Shown: piece by piece, positions 9,671 through 19,771 of the stretch
Layout: the number at the start of each line of letters is the position of its first letter
Position numbering within the stretch: position 1 is the first letter of the stretch
Assembly (NCBI GenBank): GCA_902541175.1
Contig: CACBPP010000001.1
Coordinates: 134,923 to 198,922, forward strand
Direction: 5' to 3'
DNA length: 64,000 nt
Source: an uncultured SAR86 cluster bacterium
Lineage (GTDB): Bacteria > Pseudomonadota > Gammaproteobacteria > Magnimaribacterales > D2472
Notes under the pieces: model-generated
The model's input: the letters and a program-made list of their open reading frames with translations, nothing else
Told to the model about the DNA's origin: nothing
Database searches by the model: none
Program-made: the position numbers and the translations under genes

Positions 9671-10437
9671 TACGCTTCTCCCTTTACAACAGGCATCATC
9701 ATCATATCTGTTGGAGCTAATTTTTTAGCTATCCTAATAGCATCCCTAATAGGTTTTCTATAGCTACCTGACAATTCTTCCCATGTTCCTGTTTCATTGT
9801 CCCATCTTCCACTTGTCCTTTCGTCTTTGGTTTGATAAAACATTCCAATTCTTCCAATAACAAGAATATTAACGACGGTACCATCAGCTAACTTATCCTC
9901 ATAAGTGTCAATCTTTCTTCCGTACTCAGCTTCTATGTTATAAGCTTCAAGAACTTGTCTTACTTGTTCTGATGCGGTTACTTTTGGTTTTGCCAAAGAA
10001 GATCTAACTAAATCAACTCTTGCTCTTCTCTCTTCAGCTCTAAAAGGAGTATCTAATTTAATGAAAGTTTCTAAAGTATCAAGCATCTTTTGAGCCAAAG
10101 GCGGTATTTGTCTTTGCATTACCACAACCTGGACTAATTGCTCATCAAGCTTGTCCATTAAGTCAAGCTGAGCTTGAATTTGTATTCTTTTTTGTGCGTT
10201 GTATAGTTTTAGACCTTCAACTTGTTTGTTCACAACTTTATATTCATTTACAAGTTTATCGGTTTGCCTTTCTGTTTGATCTATCTTATCTTGTGAATTT
10301 GCAGAAAGAATTTGATTTTCTCTACCAACTTCTAAAATACTTTCCATATTTGCTTCAACACTTGCTTCATTTGACAAAACAAATACGCTGAAACAAAAAA
10401 GTATTGGTAAAGATATATTCTTTATTAATTTTAACAT
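9670..10437 (-). CDS. DUF3450 family periplasmic coiled-coil protein (TtpB-like), first gene of the TonB2-type cluster
   Basis: Signal peptide and coiled-coil sequence, about 250 aa. A 1-nt overlap with the next gene. GGGAG Shine-Dalgarno at 10446-10450, 8 nt from the ATG. Confidence 0.65.
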   Translation of the reverse strand: MLKLIKNISLPILFCFSVFVLSNEASVEANMESILEVGRENQILSANSQDKIDQTERQTDKLVNEYKVVNKQVEGLKLYNAQKRIQIQAQLDLMDKLDEQLVQVVVMQRQIPPLAQKMLDTLETFIKLDTPFRAEERRARVDLVRSSLAKPKVTASEQVRQVLEAYNIEAEYGRKIDTYEDKLADGTVVNILVIGRIGMFYQTKDERTSGRWDNETGTWEELSGSYRKPIRDAIRIAKKLAPTDMMMMPVVKGEA

Positions 10438-10592
10438 TTTTTGTACTCCCTAAGGTTTGGACATATTAACAGTCCTAAACCAATAAATAAAATATATATT
10501 AATACTTTATCTAATGGATAATTCTATCAAAAACTTTGTCATTTCTACTAATTTTGTAAATTTTTCTAAATTTGCTTGAAATTTGCCGAAAG
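10438..10592 (-). promoter_or_regulatory. Upstream non-coding region of the TonB2-type operon (promoter not resolved)
   Basis: Second-largest ORF-free gap in the window (155 nt; the largest, 57277-57438, is probably coding), directly upstream of a six-gene same-strand cluster. I could only see weak -35/-10 and Fur-like matches. Confidence 0.4.
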
Positions 10593-11438
10593 TTATAGTT
10601 TTGGAAATAACATAGGAGTGTTCTCCTTATATGACTTATAATTTTCATCATCAGCCCATTTTTTATCATTCATATCTTCAAGCATTCTAACTCCGCTAAC
10701 ATATACAAGAAGAATATATGTAAAGACAGGTGATATTAGTGTGATAAGTTGAAGCCCTTCAAGTGATGAAAAAGAAATAACTGCAATTGCAAACCATAAC
10801 AACACTTCTCCAAAATAATTAGGATGCCTTGACTTTGACCATAGTCCAGAAGTTATAAAGCTATCTTTATTGGCTTCAATAGATCTAAAGGCTGTTTTTT
10901 GATTATCAGCAACAATCTCAATACCAAATCCAATTATAAATAGAATTATTCCAATGTAAGTTAAGGCATTCATCACCAAGCCTTCAGGGCTCGATATGGC
11001 TACCAGAGCGCACATTGAGCATAGCGTTACCCACAAACCTGATATAGTAAATGTCATAAAAAACTGTGAGGCAGATGTTTTAATTGTTCTAAACCTTTTA
11101 TCTTCCCCAGCTTTATGTATTCTCATGAACAAAAATAATCCTAATCGTATTGTCCATATTGAGATCAATAAAACTAAGATAAGATTTCCAAAATTGAGTG
11201 AAATGGATTGATATGTAGATAAGAAAACAAACCATACAACACTTAAATAAGTAACACTTCCTGTTAAATCATAGAACTTTTCAGTTTGAAATATATAAGC
11301 AGGTATATATGCAATCCAATGAATTACATATGCTAAAAGTACAGCATTTTTTACAATTACACTTCCAGTTAAATGTGCAATACCGTAACTAATTACAAAC
11401 GATAAAACCGAAATTAAAATATTAGTTGTCACTTTCAT
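10593..11438 (-). CDS. DUF1295 / steroid 5-alpha-reductase-like polytopic membrane protein
   Basis: About 8 TM segments and the C-terminal motif LWSKSRHPNYFGEVLLWF, typical of DUF1295 and ICMT-like proteins. Confidence 0.65.
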   Translation of the reverse strand: MKVTTNILISVLSFVISYGIAHLTGSVIVKNAVLLAYVIHWIAYIPAYIFQTEKFYDLTGSVTYLSVVWFVFLSTYQSISLNFGNLILVLLISIWTIRLGLFLFMRIHKAGEDKRFRTIKTSASQFFMTFTISGLWVTLCSMCALVAISSPEGLVMNALTYIGIILFIIGFGIEIVADNQKTAFRSIEANKDSFITSGLWSKSRHPNYFGEVLLWFAIAVISFSSLEGLQLITLISPVFTYILLVYVSGVRMLEDMNDKKWADDENYKSYKENTPMLFPKL

Positions 11439-13252
11439 TCTTCACTCCATCCACAAGTTCTATTTTTATTTTCTTCATCAAGCCATTCTTTTAATGGTGC
11501 GTAGTAATTCATTATTGATTTACCGCTAAGTTGTCTTGATCCAGTAAGATTCTCAAAAGCATCCTGCCAAGGCAAGCTTTGACCCATTGCCATAGTAGAA
11601 ATAATTCTATCACCAGCTTCCTTATTCCCATATATTGAGCATTCATGTAAATATCCATCATAATTAATTAAATTACAAAGTGCTTCATGAAACTGATACT
11701 GCATGATGCTAGCTAAATAATATCTAGTGTAAGGAGTATTCCCAGGTATATGATATTTTGCACCTGGATCAAAATAATTTTCTGACCTTTCATAACTAGT
11801 ATTAATTCCCTGATATTCCTCCCTAAGACTCCACCATGAAGAATTTAAGTTGCTTTCATCAATATCTCCATCGAATACTCCTGACCTCCATTTATCTAGC
11901 ATCAAAGCCCATGGAACTATAACAACACCATCTAAAGCTTGTTTCATAAGCAATCCGATCGGATCTTTTTTTGCTTCTTCAGCACCATCTTCTGATATGA
12001 AGCCAATATCAACTAAGTAGTCTGGAGTAATTGAAAGCGTTAGTAAATCTCCAAATGCTTCATGAAAACCATCATTTGCACCTGCTTGGAAAACTGTTGG
12101 GATATGGTTGTAAGCTTGATAATAAAAAATGTGACCTAATTCATGATGAATAGTTATAAAGTCTTCTTCATTTTTTTCAATACACATCTTTATTCTAAGA
12201 TCATTATTTGCAGGATCTAAATTCCATGCAGATGCATGACATACAACCGATCTGTCTCTTGGTTTCACGAATAAGGATCTTTCCCAAAAAGTTTCTGGAA
12301 GAGGCTTGAATCCCATAGAAATGAAAAAATCTTCTGCATACTCTACCATTTCAATTTCGCTTAATGATTTTTCGTTAATTATCTTAGTAACGTCTATATA
12401 TTTGGAATCTGATTTTTCTTCATACACTAAATCATAGATATTTGACCATGACTGACCCCACATATTCCCAAGCATATGAACAGGCAATGGGCCTGTCTTT
12501 GATATCACTTCATCACCATAATGTTCATTTAATTTTGCCCTCACATGGCAGTGAAGAGCATCGTATAATGGTTTTACCTCACTCCAGACTCTATCAGTAT
12601 CATCTAAGAAATCTTCTGCAGGCATATCATATTTACTAAACCACAAATCACTCAGTCCTTCATAACCAAGATCAACCGAGCCTTGATTACCAATATCAAC
12701 CATTCTCATATACATTGGTTTCATCGGCTTACTAATCTCATGCCACCCTTCCCAAGCTCTCAGCAATTCATTAGGATCTCGTGAATTATCTATAATTGAT
12801 TCAAATGCTTCTAAGTCATAGCATTCTTCGTCATCAAAACAATACTCTCCACTCCCATACATTGCTTCGAGGCTTGTAGTAATTTCTGATAATTCGGATG
12901 CCAGTTCTTCATCTAAAGGCGGAGGCATTACAAAGGAACTTTTAAGGATATTTAGCATTCTTTGATTTTCTTTCGATGTATCTAGGCCATCAAAACTAGC
13001 AGCCTCTCTAGATCTTTGTAGCGATTTTAATGTAGATTTTGTTCCATAATCTGCAATTACTTTTTGAGAATCGTATGTTATAAAATTTGAGCTTATCCAT
13101 GAGGCAGAATATATAACAGGACCATCTTTTTTATTTTCCGATTCAACGTTTGCAAGAAACTCTTCTAGGTCTTGATTGTTAAGGGTTTGTTCGCTACTTG
13201 GAGCACAAGAAGTTACAATAATAATTGATATTAAGCTTAAAAAATTTTTCAT
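11435..13252 (-). CDS. Peptidase family M2 (angiotensin-converting-enzyme-like peptidyl-dipeptidase), probable lipoprotein
   Basis: HHELGHIFYYQAY zinc motif plus the downstream GFHEAFGDLL glutamate motif, as in ACE. N-terminal lipobox-like VTSC. Confidence 0.8.
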   Translation of the reverse strand: MKNFLSLISIIIVTSCAPSSEQTLNNQDLEEFLANVESENKKDGPVIYSASWISSNFITYDSQKVIADYGTKSTLKSLQRSREAASFDGLDTSKENQRMLNILKSSFVMPPPLDEELASELSEITTSLEAMYGSGEYCFDDEECYDLEAFESIIDNSRDPNELLRAWEGWHEISKPMKPMYMRMVDIGNQGSVDLGYEGLSDLWFSKYDMPAEDFLDDTDRVWSEVKPLYDALHCHVRAKLNEHYGDEVISKTGPLPVHMLGNMWGQSWSNIYDLVYEEKSDSKYIDVTKIINEKSLSEIEMVEYAEDFFISMGFKPLPETFWERSLFVKPRDRSVVCHASAWNLDPANNDLRIKMCIEKNEEDFITIHHELGHIFYYQAYNHIPTVFQAGANDGFHEAFGDLLTLSITPDYLVDIGFISEDGAEEAKKDPIGLLMKQALDGVVIVPWALMLDKWRSGVFDGDIDESNLNSSWWSLREEYQGINTSYERSENYFDPGAKYHIPGNTPYTRYYLASIMQYQFHEALCNLINYDGYLHECSIYGNKEAGDRIISTMAMGQSLPWQDAFENLTGSRQLSGKSIMNYYAPLKEWLDEENKNRTCGWSEE

Positions 13253-13294
13253 TTATATTCCTCGCTATTAAAATAACATAAAAATAAAATTAAT

Positions 13295-13861
13295 ATGAAA
13301 ATTTCAACGAACCAGTTTAAAAACGGAACAAAGTTAATAATCGATAATGCTCCGTGCTCAATTATAGAGCATGAATTTCATAAGCCTGGAAAAGGCCAAG
13401 CTGTAATGAGGGTTAAATATAAGAATCTTCTAACTGGAAACACTAATGATAAAACTTTCAAGTCAGGTGAAAGTGTTGAATCGGCAGATGTAAGTCATAA
13501 AGAAATGGAGTTTTTATATAAAGATAATGATTCTTGGCACTTTATGGACAAGAATAATTACGAGCAAATTGAAGTTAGCGAATCACAGATGGGAGACGCA
13601 TCAAAATGGTTGGTAGGACAAGAAACTTGTGAAGTTGTTCTGTGGAATGGTCAACCTATTCTTGTAAATCCACCAGTAATTGTTGAGCTTAAGATTGTTA
13701 AAGCAGAGCCTGGAGTAAAGGGAGATACTGTTTCAGGTGCAACAAAGTCTGCAAAACTTGAAACAAATGTTGAGGTTCAAGTGCCTTTATTTGTGAATGA
13801 AAATGAAATAATAAAAGTAGATACTAGAGATATGACCTATGTGGGGAGAGCAAAATCTTGA
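13295..13861 (+). CDS. efp: Elongation factor P
   Basis: FKNGTKLIIDNAPCSIIEHEFHKPGKGQAVMRVKYKNLLTG carries the Lys-type KPGKG loop. 188 aa. Confidence 0.95.
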   Translation: MKISTNQFKNGTKLIIDNAPCSIIEHEFHKPGKGQAVMRVKYKNLLTGNTNDKTFKSGESVESADVSHKEMEFLYKDNDSWHFMDKNNYEQIEVSESQMGDASKWLVGQETCEVVLWNGQPILVNPPVIVELKIVKAEPGVKGDTVSGATKSAKLETNVEVQVPLFVNENEIIKVDTRDMTYVGRAKS

Positions 13862-15591
13862 TTGATGAAATTAATAAGGAAATAGAAAAATTCCTATCTT
13901 CAATTGTAAATAATAAAAAAAATATCAATTCTATTATTAAAAAATGCTCTACTTCTATATCAGATGATCTAAAAAAAGGTCATATAACTTCAAATGTATG
14001 TATGGTCGCAGCAAGCATACTAAAGCTTAATCCAAAAAATTTAGCTGAAGATCTTAAAACAAGATTAGAAAAAATTGATAGATTTGATAACGTTGAAATA
14101 GCAGGACCTGGATTTGTAAACATCTCATTGAATAGAGAAGATTTTGTATCAACAATTCAGTTTATTAATAAAAACAAAGATTCATTTGGTAGTTCTGCCA
14201 TAGGTAAAAAAAATAAGGTGCAAATAGAATTTGTGTCTGCCAATCCAACTGGTCCACTTCATGTTGGTCATGGGAGAGGAGCTGCCTATGGTGACGCAAT
14301 TGGTAGAATTCTTGAATCAACAGGCTCAATTGTTGAAAAAGAATACTATGTTAACGATGCTGGAAGACAAATCGATATTCTGACTGCAAGCGTTATATTA
14401 AGATTAATAAAAAATGATATAAGTAATTACTTTCCAGCCAACGGATATAAAGGTGAGTACATTGATGAAATTGGAAAAAAATTAGACAAAAAAGTAAAAA
14501 TACATGACTTCAAGTCACTTTCAATCAAAACCAGTGAGGACCCAGAAGAAGAAATAGATAATATCATTCATGAATTAGAAAAATTAAATAATAATTCATG
14601 GAATCTCATAAAAAAATTCTCATTAAAAGAAATTGTTAAATCAATTGAGGATGATCTAAAAGCATTTAATGTAAATTTTGACAAATGGTTTTATGAATCA
14701 TCGCTTGGCAAGATTGGTGATGACTCATCTGATATAGCATTGTCAGTAAATAAACTAATAAAAGATGGTCATGCTTATGAGAAAGATAAGGCCATATGGC
14801 TCAATACGGACATAAGTGGTGATGATAAACATAGAGTTTTAGTAAGAGATAATGGGAAGGCAACATATTTTGCCTCAGATGTTGCATATCATAAAAATAA
14901 GATTGATAGAGGCTTTGATAAGCTAATAAATGTTTGGGGAGCCGATCATCATGGATATATTAAAAGAATAGAAGCATCTATTGAAAACCTTGGGTCAAAT
15001 AAAAATAAGCTAGCTGTAAAACTTGTTCAATTTGCAAATCTTTTCAAGGATGGAAAAAAGGTCAAGATGTCCACAAGATCGGGAGAATTTTTTACATTAA
15101 AAAATCTTATCGAAGATATAGGTTCGGATGCTGCAAGATTTTATTATTTATCAAAGCAAGCTGATCAGCACTTAGATTTTGATCTTGATTTAGCAAAATC
15201 GGATAGCAAAGAAAATATTTTTTATTACATTCAGTATGCGCATGCAAGAATCGTTTCGCTTGAAGAAAAGGCCTTAGATAAATTCTCTAAAATTAACAGA
15301 AATATTAAAAATATCAGCAGTGGGAATTATAAAGAATGTGACAATCTAATTCATGAAATATCAAAATTCCCCGATATTGTAAATAAATCTGCAAATACGC
15401 TACAACCTCATGTCATTATCTATTACTTAAAAGATTTATCACAACTTTTTCATAGCTTTTATAACGATAATCATGTCTTGTCTGAATCTGAAGAGAATAT
15501 GCAATCAATTTTAGAGTGTCTAATAGCTGTAAAACAAGTTATTTCAAATGGCTTAAATTTATTAGGAATTACTCCAATGCAAAAAATGTAA
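13858..15591 (+). CDS. argS: Arginine--tRNA ligase
   Basis: SANPTGPLHVGHGRGA (HIGH) and KMSTRSG (KMSK-like). TTG start overlaps the efp stop. Confidence 0.95.
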   Translation: MIDEINKEIEKFLSSIVNNKKNINSIIKKCSTSISDDLKKGHITSNVCMVAASILKLNPKNLAEDLKTRLEKIDRFDNVEIAGPGFVNISLNREDFVSTIQFINKNKDSFGSSAIGKKNKVQIEFVSANPTGPLHVGHGRGAAYGDAIGRILESTGSIVEKEYYVNDAGRQIDILTASVILRLIKNDISNYFPANGYKGEYIDEIGKKLDKKVKIHDFKSLSIKTSEDPEEEIDNIIHELEKLNNNSWNLIKKFSLKEIVKSIEDDLKAFNVNFDKWFYESSLGKIGDDSSDIALSVNKLIKDGHAYEKDKAIWLNTDISGDDKHRVLVRDNGKATYFASDVAYHKNKIDRGFDKLINVWGADHHGYIKRIEASIENLGSNKNKLAVKLVQFANLFKDGKKVKMSTRSGEFFTLKNLIEDIGSDAARFYYLSKQADQHLDFDLDLAKSDSKENIFYYIQYAHARIVSLEEKALDKFSKINRNIKNISSGNYKECDNLIHEISKFPDIVNKSANTLQPHVIIYYLKDLSQLFHSFYNDNHVLSESEENMQSILECLIAVKQVISNGLNLLGITPMQKM

Positions 15592-15595
15592 GCAT

Positions 15596-16129
15596 ATGAA
15601 AGATTTTGCAAATGTTAAAGGTAATAAATCAAAGAAGAATAAAAGAAAAACTGTTTTTACTTCAAAAAAGCCATCAGTAAACACAATATCAACTAGTACC
15701 ATTCTGATATTAATTTTTATTAGCTTAGGTCTAGCCTCTAGTTCAATATTTCTATTCAAGACAGATGTTATATCAATTAAGACTGCCAACACTTCCAACA
15801 CCGTAAACATAGACTTCCCTTCATCACTAATGGAAAATTCAGTGCTTATTGAATTTAATGAAGAAAATAATTCTTTAGAGTGTCAGTACTTTGTCCAAAT
15901 TGGCGCATACGGAAATAAAAAATATGCTCTTGAGGCAATTAAAATGCTCAATAGTGACATTGAAAACCTTTCAATTAAAGAGGTATACAGTACTCTTTTG
16001 CCAGGAAAGCTCTTAAATAGTGTAATATCAGGCCCTTATATTAATAGATCAGCAGCAAATAATGCTAAAGAGAAAATAACAAAGAGCGGTTTTGAACCAC
16101 GATTAAGAACTGTATGCAAAGAGAACTAA
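15596..16129 (+). CDS. SPOR domain-containing membrane protein
   Basis: Basic N-terminus and one TM segment. C-terminal SPOR-like YFVQIGAYGNKKYALEA...GPYINRSAANNAKEKI. Confidence 0.7.
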   Translation: MKDFANVKGNKSKKNKRKTVFTSKKPSVNTISTSTILILIFISLGLASSSIFLFKTDVISIKTANTSNTVNIDFPSSLMENSVLIEFNEENNSLECQYFVQIGAYGNKKYALEAIKMLNSDIENLSIKEVYSTLLPGKLLNSVISGPYINRSAANNAKEKITKSGFEPRLRTVCKEN

Positions 16130-16800
16130 TTAAAAATATAAATGCCATTAATAACAGTATCGATGAGTTGTGCTCATCTATTAATAGAAGTAGAGATGAA
16201 ATAACTTTAATTGCGGTTTCTAAGAAAAAAGGATTTGAGCTCGTTAAGTTAGCTCTTGAGAATGGAATCAATAACTTCGGAGAAAATTACGCACAAGAGC
16301 TTCAAGAAAAATCTTCACTGATAGATTCAGATAATATTGTTTGGCATTTCATTGGTCCAATTCAATCCAATAAAGTTAAAGTAATTGCAAATAATGCTGA
16401 TTGGATTCATACCCTCGAAAGGGAAAAAATTATTAGAAAATTTAATGATGAGTGTAAAAAAATTAACAAAGTAATAAACGGATGCATTCAAATTAATATT
16501 TCGTCTGAAAAATCAAAAAGTGGATGCAGTCCTGATGAGCTTTTTGATATAGCAAAATTAGTAGAATCTATGGAAAATATTAATTTAAAAGGCATAATGG
16601 CTCTCCCAAAACTAACAAATGATAAAGAAGAAAGAGATCATATGATGGAAGAGGTTATAAACTTGAGCGTCAAGTTACAAAAAATTTATCCCAGTGCTAG
16701 TGCTATTTCACTTGGAACAACTTCGGATTACGAGGATGCCATAATTCATGGATCTAATATGCTTCGAATAGGTGAATCAATTTTTGGTAAAAGATCATGA
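16114..16800 (+). CDS. yggS: YggS family pyridoxal-phosphate homeostasis protein
   Basis: AVSKKK...FGENYAQEL and WHFIGPIQSNK motifs. Followed by proC and yggT. Confidence 0.85.
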   Translation: MQRELIKNINAINNSIDELCSSINRSRDEITLIAVSKKKGFELVKLALENGINNFGENYAQELQEKSSLIDSDNIVWHFIGPIQSNKVKVIANNADWIHTLEREKIIRKFNDECKKINKVINGCIQINISSEKSKSGCSPDELFDIAKLVESMENINLKGIMALPKLTNDKEERDHMMEEVINLSVKLQKIYPSASAISLGTTSDYEDAIIHGSNMLRIGESIFGKRS

Positions 16801-17585
16801 AAAATATATTATTTTTTGGTGGTGGTAATATTGCTCAAGCATTAATTTCAGGACTACTATTGAATGGAATGAGCAACAAAAATATTTTTTTTGTAGACAG
16901 AAATCCTTTAAATCAAAAAAAATTAAATAGCTTAAAAGTTAAAAGTTTAAAAAAATCGAATTCTGATATAGATATAGTTATTTTATCTGTAAAGCCAAAA
17001 GATGCTATTCAAGCATACAAAGAAATTTTAAATAACTATAAAAATCCTAAAATTGTCAGTCTTGTCGCTGGTATAAAATCCTCTACATACATCAAGCTGG
17101 ATAATAAATCGGAATTTATGAGAGCAATGCCAAATACTGCATCAAAATATGGTCAAGGAATAACAGCTTTATATAATTCATCTTTTAAAAAAAGTAACTT
17201 TAAAAAGGTCTCTTCTATCTTCTCTAAATTAGGTACAGTTATAGAAGTAGATAATGATTCAAAAATAGATACTTTTACTGGTGTCATTGGAAGTGGGCCC
17301 GCATATTTTTTCCAAACTCTGAAATCATTTGAAAAAAAACTTATGAGATTATGTAACCAAGATGAAAAAATTGTTAGAGAGATTATTGTCAGTCTTATGA
17401 AAGGTGTTGGTTCATCAATTGAAGATGACGGTGATTTGGATAATCTAATTAAAGCAGTTGCTTCAAAGAAAGGAACGACAGAAGCTGGACTAAAGTCGCT
17501 TAAATCCAATAATTTAAATCAAATCTTTGAAAAAGGATTAAACGCTGCGATCAAAAGATCCAAGGAAATTTCAAATGAATTCTAA
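16797..17585 (+). CDS. proC: Pyrroline-5-carboxylate reductase
   Basis: N-terminal FFGGGNIAQALISGL Rossmann motif, MPNTAS, and C-terminal KGTTEAGL. ATGA overlap with yggS. Confidence 0.85.
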   Translation: MKNILFFGGGNIAQALISGLLLNGMSNKNIFFVDRNPLNQKKLNSLKVKSLKKSNSDIDIVILSVKPKDAIQAYKEILNNYKNPKIVSLVAGIKSSTYIKLDNKSEFMRAMPNTASKYGQGITALYNSSFKKSNFKKVSSIFSKLGTVIEVDNDSKIDTFTGVIGSGPAYFFQTLKSFEKKLMRLCNQDEKIVREIIVSLMKGVGSSIEDDGDLDNLIKAVASKKGTTEAGLKSLKSNNLNQIFEKGLNAAIKRSKEISNEF

Positions 17586-18099
17586 TATGCAAATACTTGG
17601 GCTTATTTTAAGTATATTAAATTACGCCCTTGTTTTTCTTTTTATCTTTAATTTATTGAAAGTAAATTATTACAATCAAATTGTTTCAATATTTGTTAAA
17701 GCGTATAGTCCCATAGCAAAAATATTTTCACCCTTACCAATTCAAGCCCTTAATATTTTAATCTTGGCCATAGTATTTAAGCTTTCATCTCTTGTCATAT
17801 ATTTTGGTGATCAGTATGTAATTACAACATTATTAGGGGTGGCTGTAATTCAGACGATAATGATTATTTTAAGGATCATATTTTTTGCAGTAATTGGTGG
17901 TGTAATCCTAAGTTGGGTATCTCCATCAAGCTCAAATGCTTTTTTGGAGTTAATTGAGGAAATATCTTATAAGTCTTTAATGCCGATAAGGAATTATATT
18001 CCATCAGCTGGAGGCTTGGACTTTTCTCCTCTTTTTGTTTTGATTTTAATTAATCTAATTGAATCCTTCTTATCAGATATGCTTAGGTCAATAGTATGA
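17575..18099 (+). CDS. yggT: YggT family membrane protein
   Basis: Two YGGT-like hydrophobic repeats. Conserved position after proC. An alternative ATG lies at 17587. Confidence 0.7.
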   Translation: MNSNMQILGLILSILNYALVFLFIFNLLKVNYYNQIVSIFVKAYSPIAKIFSPLPIQALNILILAIVFKLSSLVIYFGDQYVITTLLGVAVIQTIMIILRIIFFAVIGGVILSWVSPSSSNAFLELIEEISYKSLMPIRNYIPSAGGLDFSPLFVLILINLIESFLSDMLRSIV

Positions 18100-19181
18100 A
18101 GACGGAGACAAAATTAATTCATTTTTCAGAAGGAATTGAACTTGAATCAGGTGAGAAGCTCAATTCATTCGATTTAATGGTAGAAACCTATGGTGAACTT
18201 AATGAAGGCAAATCAAATGCAATTCTTTTATGTCATGCATTTTCAGGCAATCATCATGCAGCAGGAAGTTCTAAAGACTTTGGAATTGGTTGGTGGGATC
18301 AATTAGTTGGTCCTAGTAAAACAATCGATACCAATAAATATTTTGTTGTATGTTGTAATAATCTTGGGGGATGTGCGGGTTCCTCTGGGCCATCATCAAT
18401 TGATCCTTCATCGCAAAAAATATTTGGAAAATCTTTTCCTCAAGTAAGTGTCCTGGATTGGGTGAACTCACAAAAAATGCTTATGGATAAATTAAACATA
18501 GAGTGTTGGCATTTTGTAGCAGGTGGAAGTTTGGGTGGAATGCAGGCTTTACAGTGGTCAATTTCATATCCTGATAAGGTTAAAAAGGCTGGAATTTTTG
18601 CTGCAGCTTCAAAATCTAGTTCTCAGAATATTGCGATGAATGAAGTTGCAAGAGAATCTATAAGAAAAGATGAGAATTTTCATAATGGAAATTATTATGA
18701 ACACGACGTTATACCTAAAAATGGTATTAAAACTGCAAGAATGCTTGGTCACATTACATATCTTTCAGAAGAACATATGGATTCAAGATTTGGGAGAAAA
18801 TTTCAAGATGAAGATTCAAAAGTAGAAGAGTCCGTAAGCTTCGAAGTCGAAAATTATTTGCAATATAAGGGAGAACAGTTCTCAGAGCTATTTGATGCAA
18901 ATTCATATATTTTAATGACAAAAGTAATGGATAGTTATGATGCTGGAAAAGATAAATCGCTAGTTGGGGCTTTAAAAGAAGTGAAAGCTGAGTTCTTAAT
19001 TGTGGGTTTTTACTCTGATTGGCTATATCCACCAGAAAGAGGAAAGGAAATACAAATAGCTGCAATGAATAATAATATAAGGTCCTCTTTTGTGGTTCTC
19101 CAGGGAGATCATGGACACGATAGTTTTCTATTTAGTTCAAAAACTTACTCAAATTTAATTTCAAATTTCATAGAATCATAA
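18096..19181 (+). CDS. metX: Homoserine O-acyltransferase MetX
   Basis: Alpha/beta hydrolase with the GGSLGGMQALQW nucleophile elbow and LCHAFSGNHH. Followed by metW. Confidence 0.85.
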   Translation: MKTETKLIHFSEGIELESGEKLNSFDLMVETYGELNEGKSNAILLCHAFSGNHHAAGSSKDFGIGWWDQLVGPSKTIDTNKYFVVCCNNLGGCAGSSGPSSIDPSSQKIFGKSFPQVSVLDWVNSQKMLMDKLNIECWHFVAGGSLGGMQALQWSISYPDKVKKAGIFAAASKSSSQNIAMNEVARESIRKDENFHNGNYYEHDVIPKNGIKTARMLGHITYLSEEHMDSRFGRKFQDEDSKVEESVSFEVENYLQYKGEQFSELFDANSYILMTKVMDSYDAGKDKSLVGALKEVKAEFLIVGFYSDWLYPPERGKEIQIAAMNNNIRSSFVVLQGDHGHDSFLFSSKTYSNLISNFIES

Positions 19182-19771
19182 TGGCTATTAAACTTTCAAA
19201 AATTATAAACAGTTGGGTTCCAGAAAATTCAAAAGTGATTGATTTTGGTTGTGGTGATGGATCCTTATTAAAAGAATTATTTGAAAATAAGCAAGTGCTT
19301 GGATATGGCGTTGAGATAAATGATACAAAGATAGAAAAATGTATTGAGAAAGGCGTACCTGTAATAAAACTTGACATAGACAAGGGCCTAAATGACTTTA
19401 TGTCATCTAATTTTGATTTATCGATTATGGCCAGATCAATTCAATGTCTTAAAAATCCTGATCTTGCTCTTAACAGAATGCTGGAATTATCAAAAAGATG
19501 TGTTGTGACTCTTCCTAATCTTGGCTATTGGAGATGTAGAATAAACCTTGCATCAGGGAAAATGCCAATTACACCAGAGCTGCCCTCTAGCTGGTATGAA
19601 ACAGAAAATATTCACTTATGTACGATCAAAGATTTTGAAAATCTTTGTTTAAAAGAAAATATTAATATTAAAGACAAAGTTTTCATAAATAGAAACGGTG
19701 ATCAAGGCGGTTTATCTAAAATCAATCCAAATTTATTTGCTGTAGAAGGAGTCTATTTACTTGAAAAGTAA
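19181..19771 (+). CDS. metW: Methionine biosynthesis protein MetW
   Basis: VIDFGCGDGSLLKEL SAM-binding-like motif. 196 aa. A 1-nt overlap with metX. Confidence 0.85.
   Translation: MAIKLSKIINSWVPENSKVIDFGCGDGSLLKELFENKQVLGYGVEINDTKIEKCIEKGVPVIKLDIDKGLNDFMSSNFDLSIMARSIQCLKNPDLALNRMLELSKRCVVTLPNLGYWRCRINLASGKMPITPELPSSWYETENIHLCTIKDFENLCLKENINIKDKVFINRNGDQGGLSKINPNLFAVEGVYLLEK

Noticed and set aside
10510-10528. A Fur-box-like sequence (minus strand GATAGAATTATCCATTAGA) upstream of the TonB2-type operon.
   Set aside because: By my alignment only about 11 of 19 positions match the GATAATGATAATCATTATC consensus. In DNA this AT-rich that cannot be told apart from background without a PWM scan.
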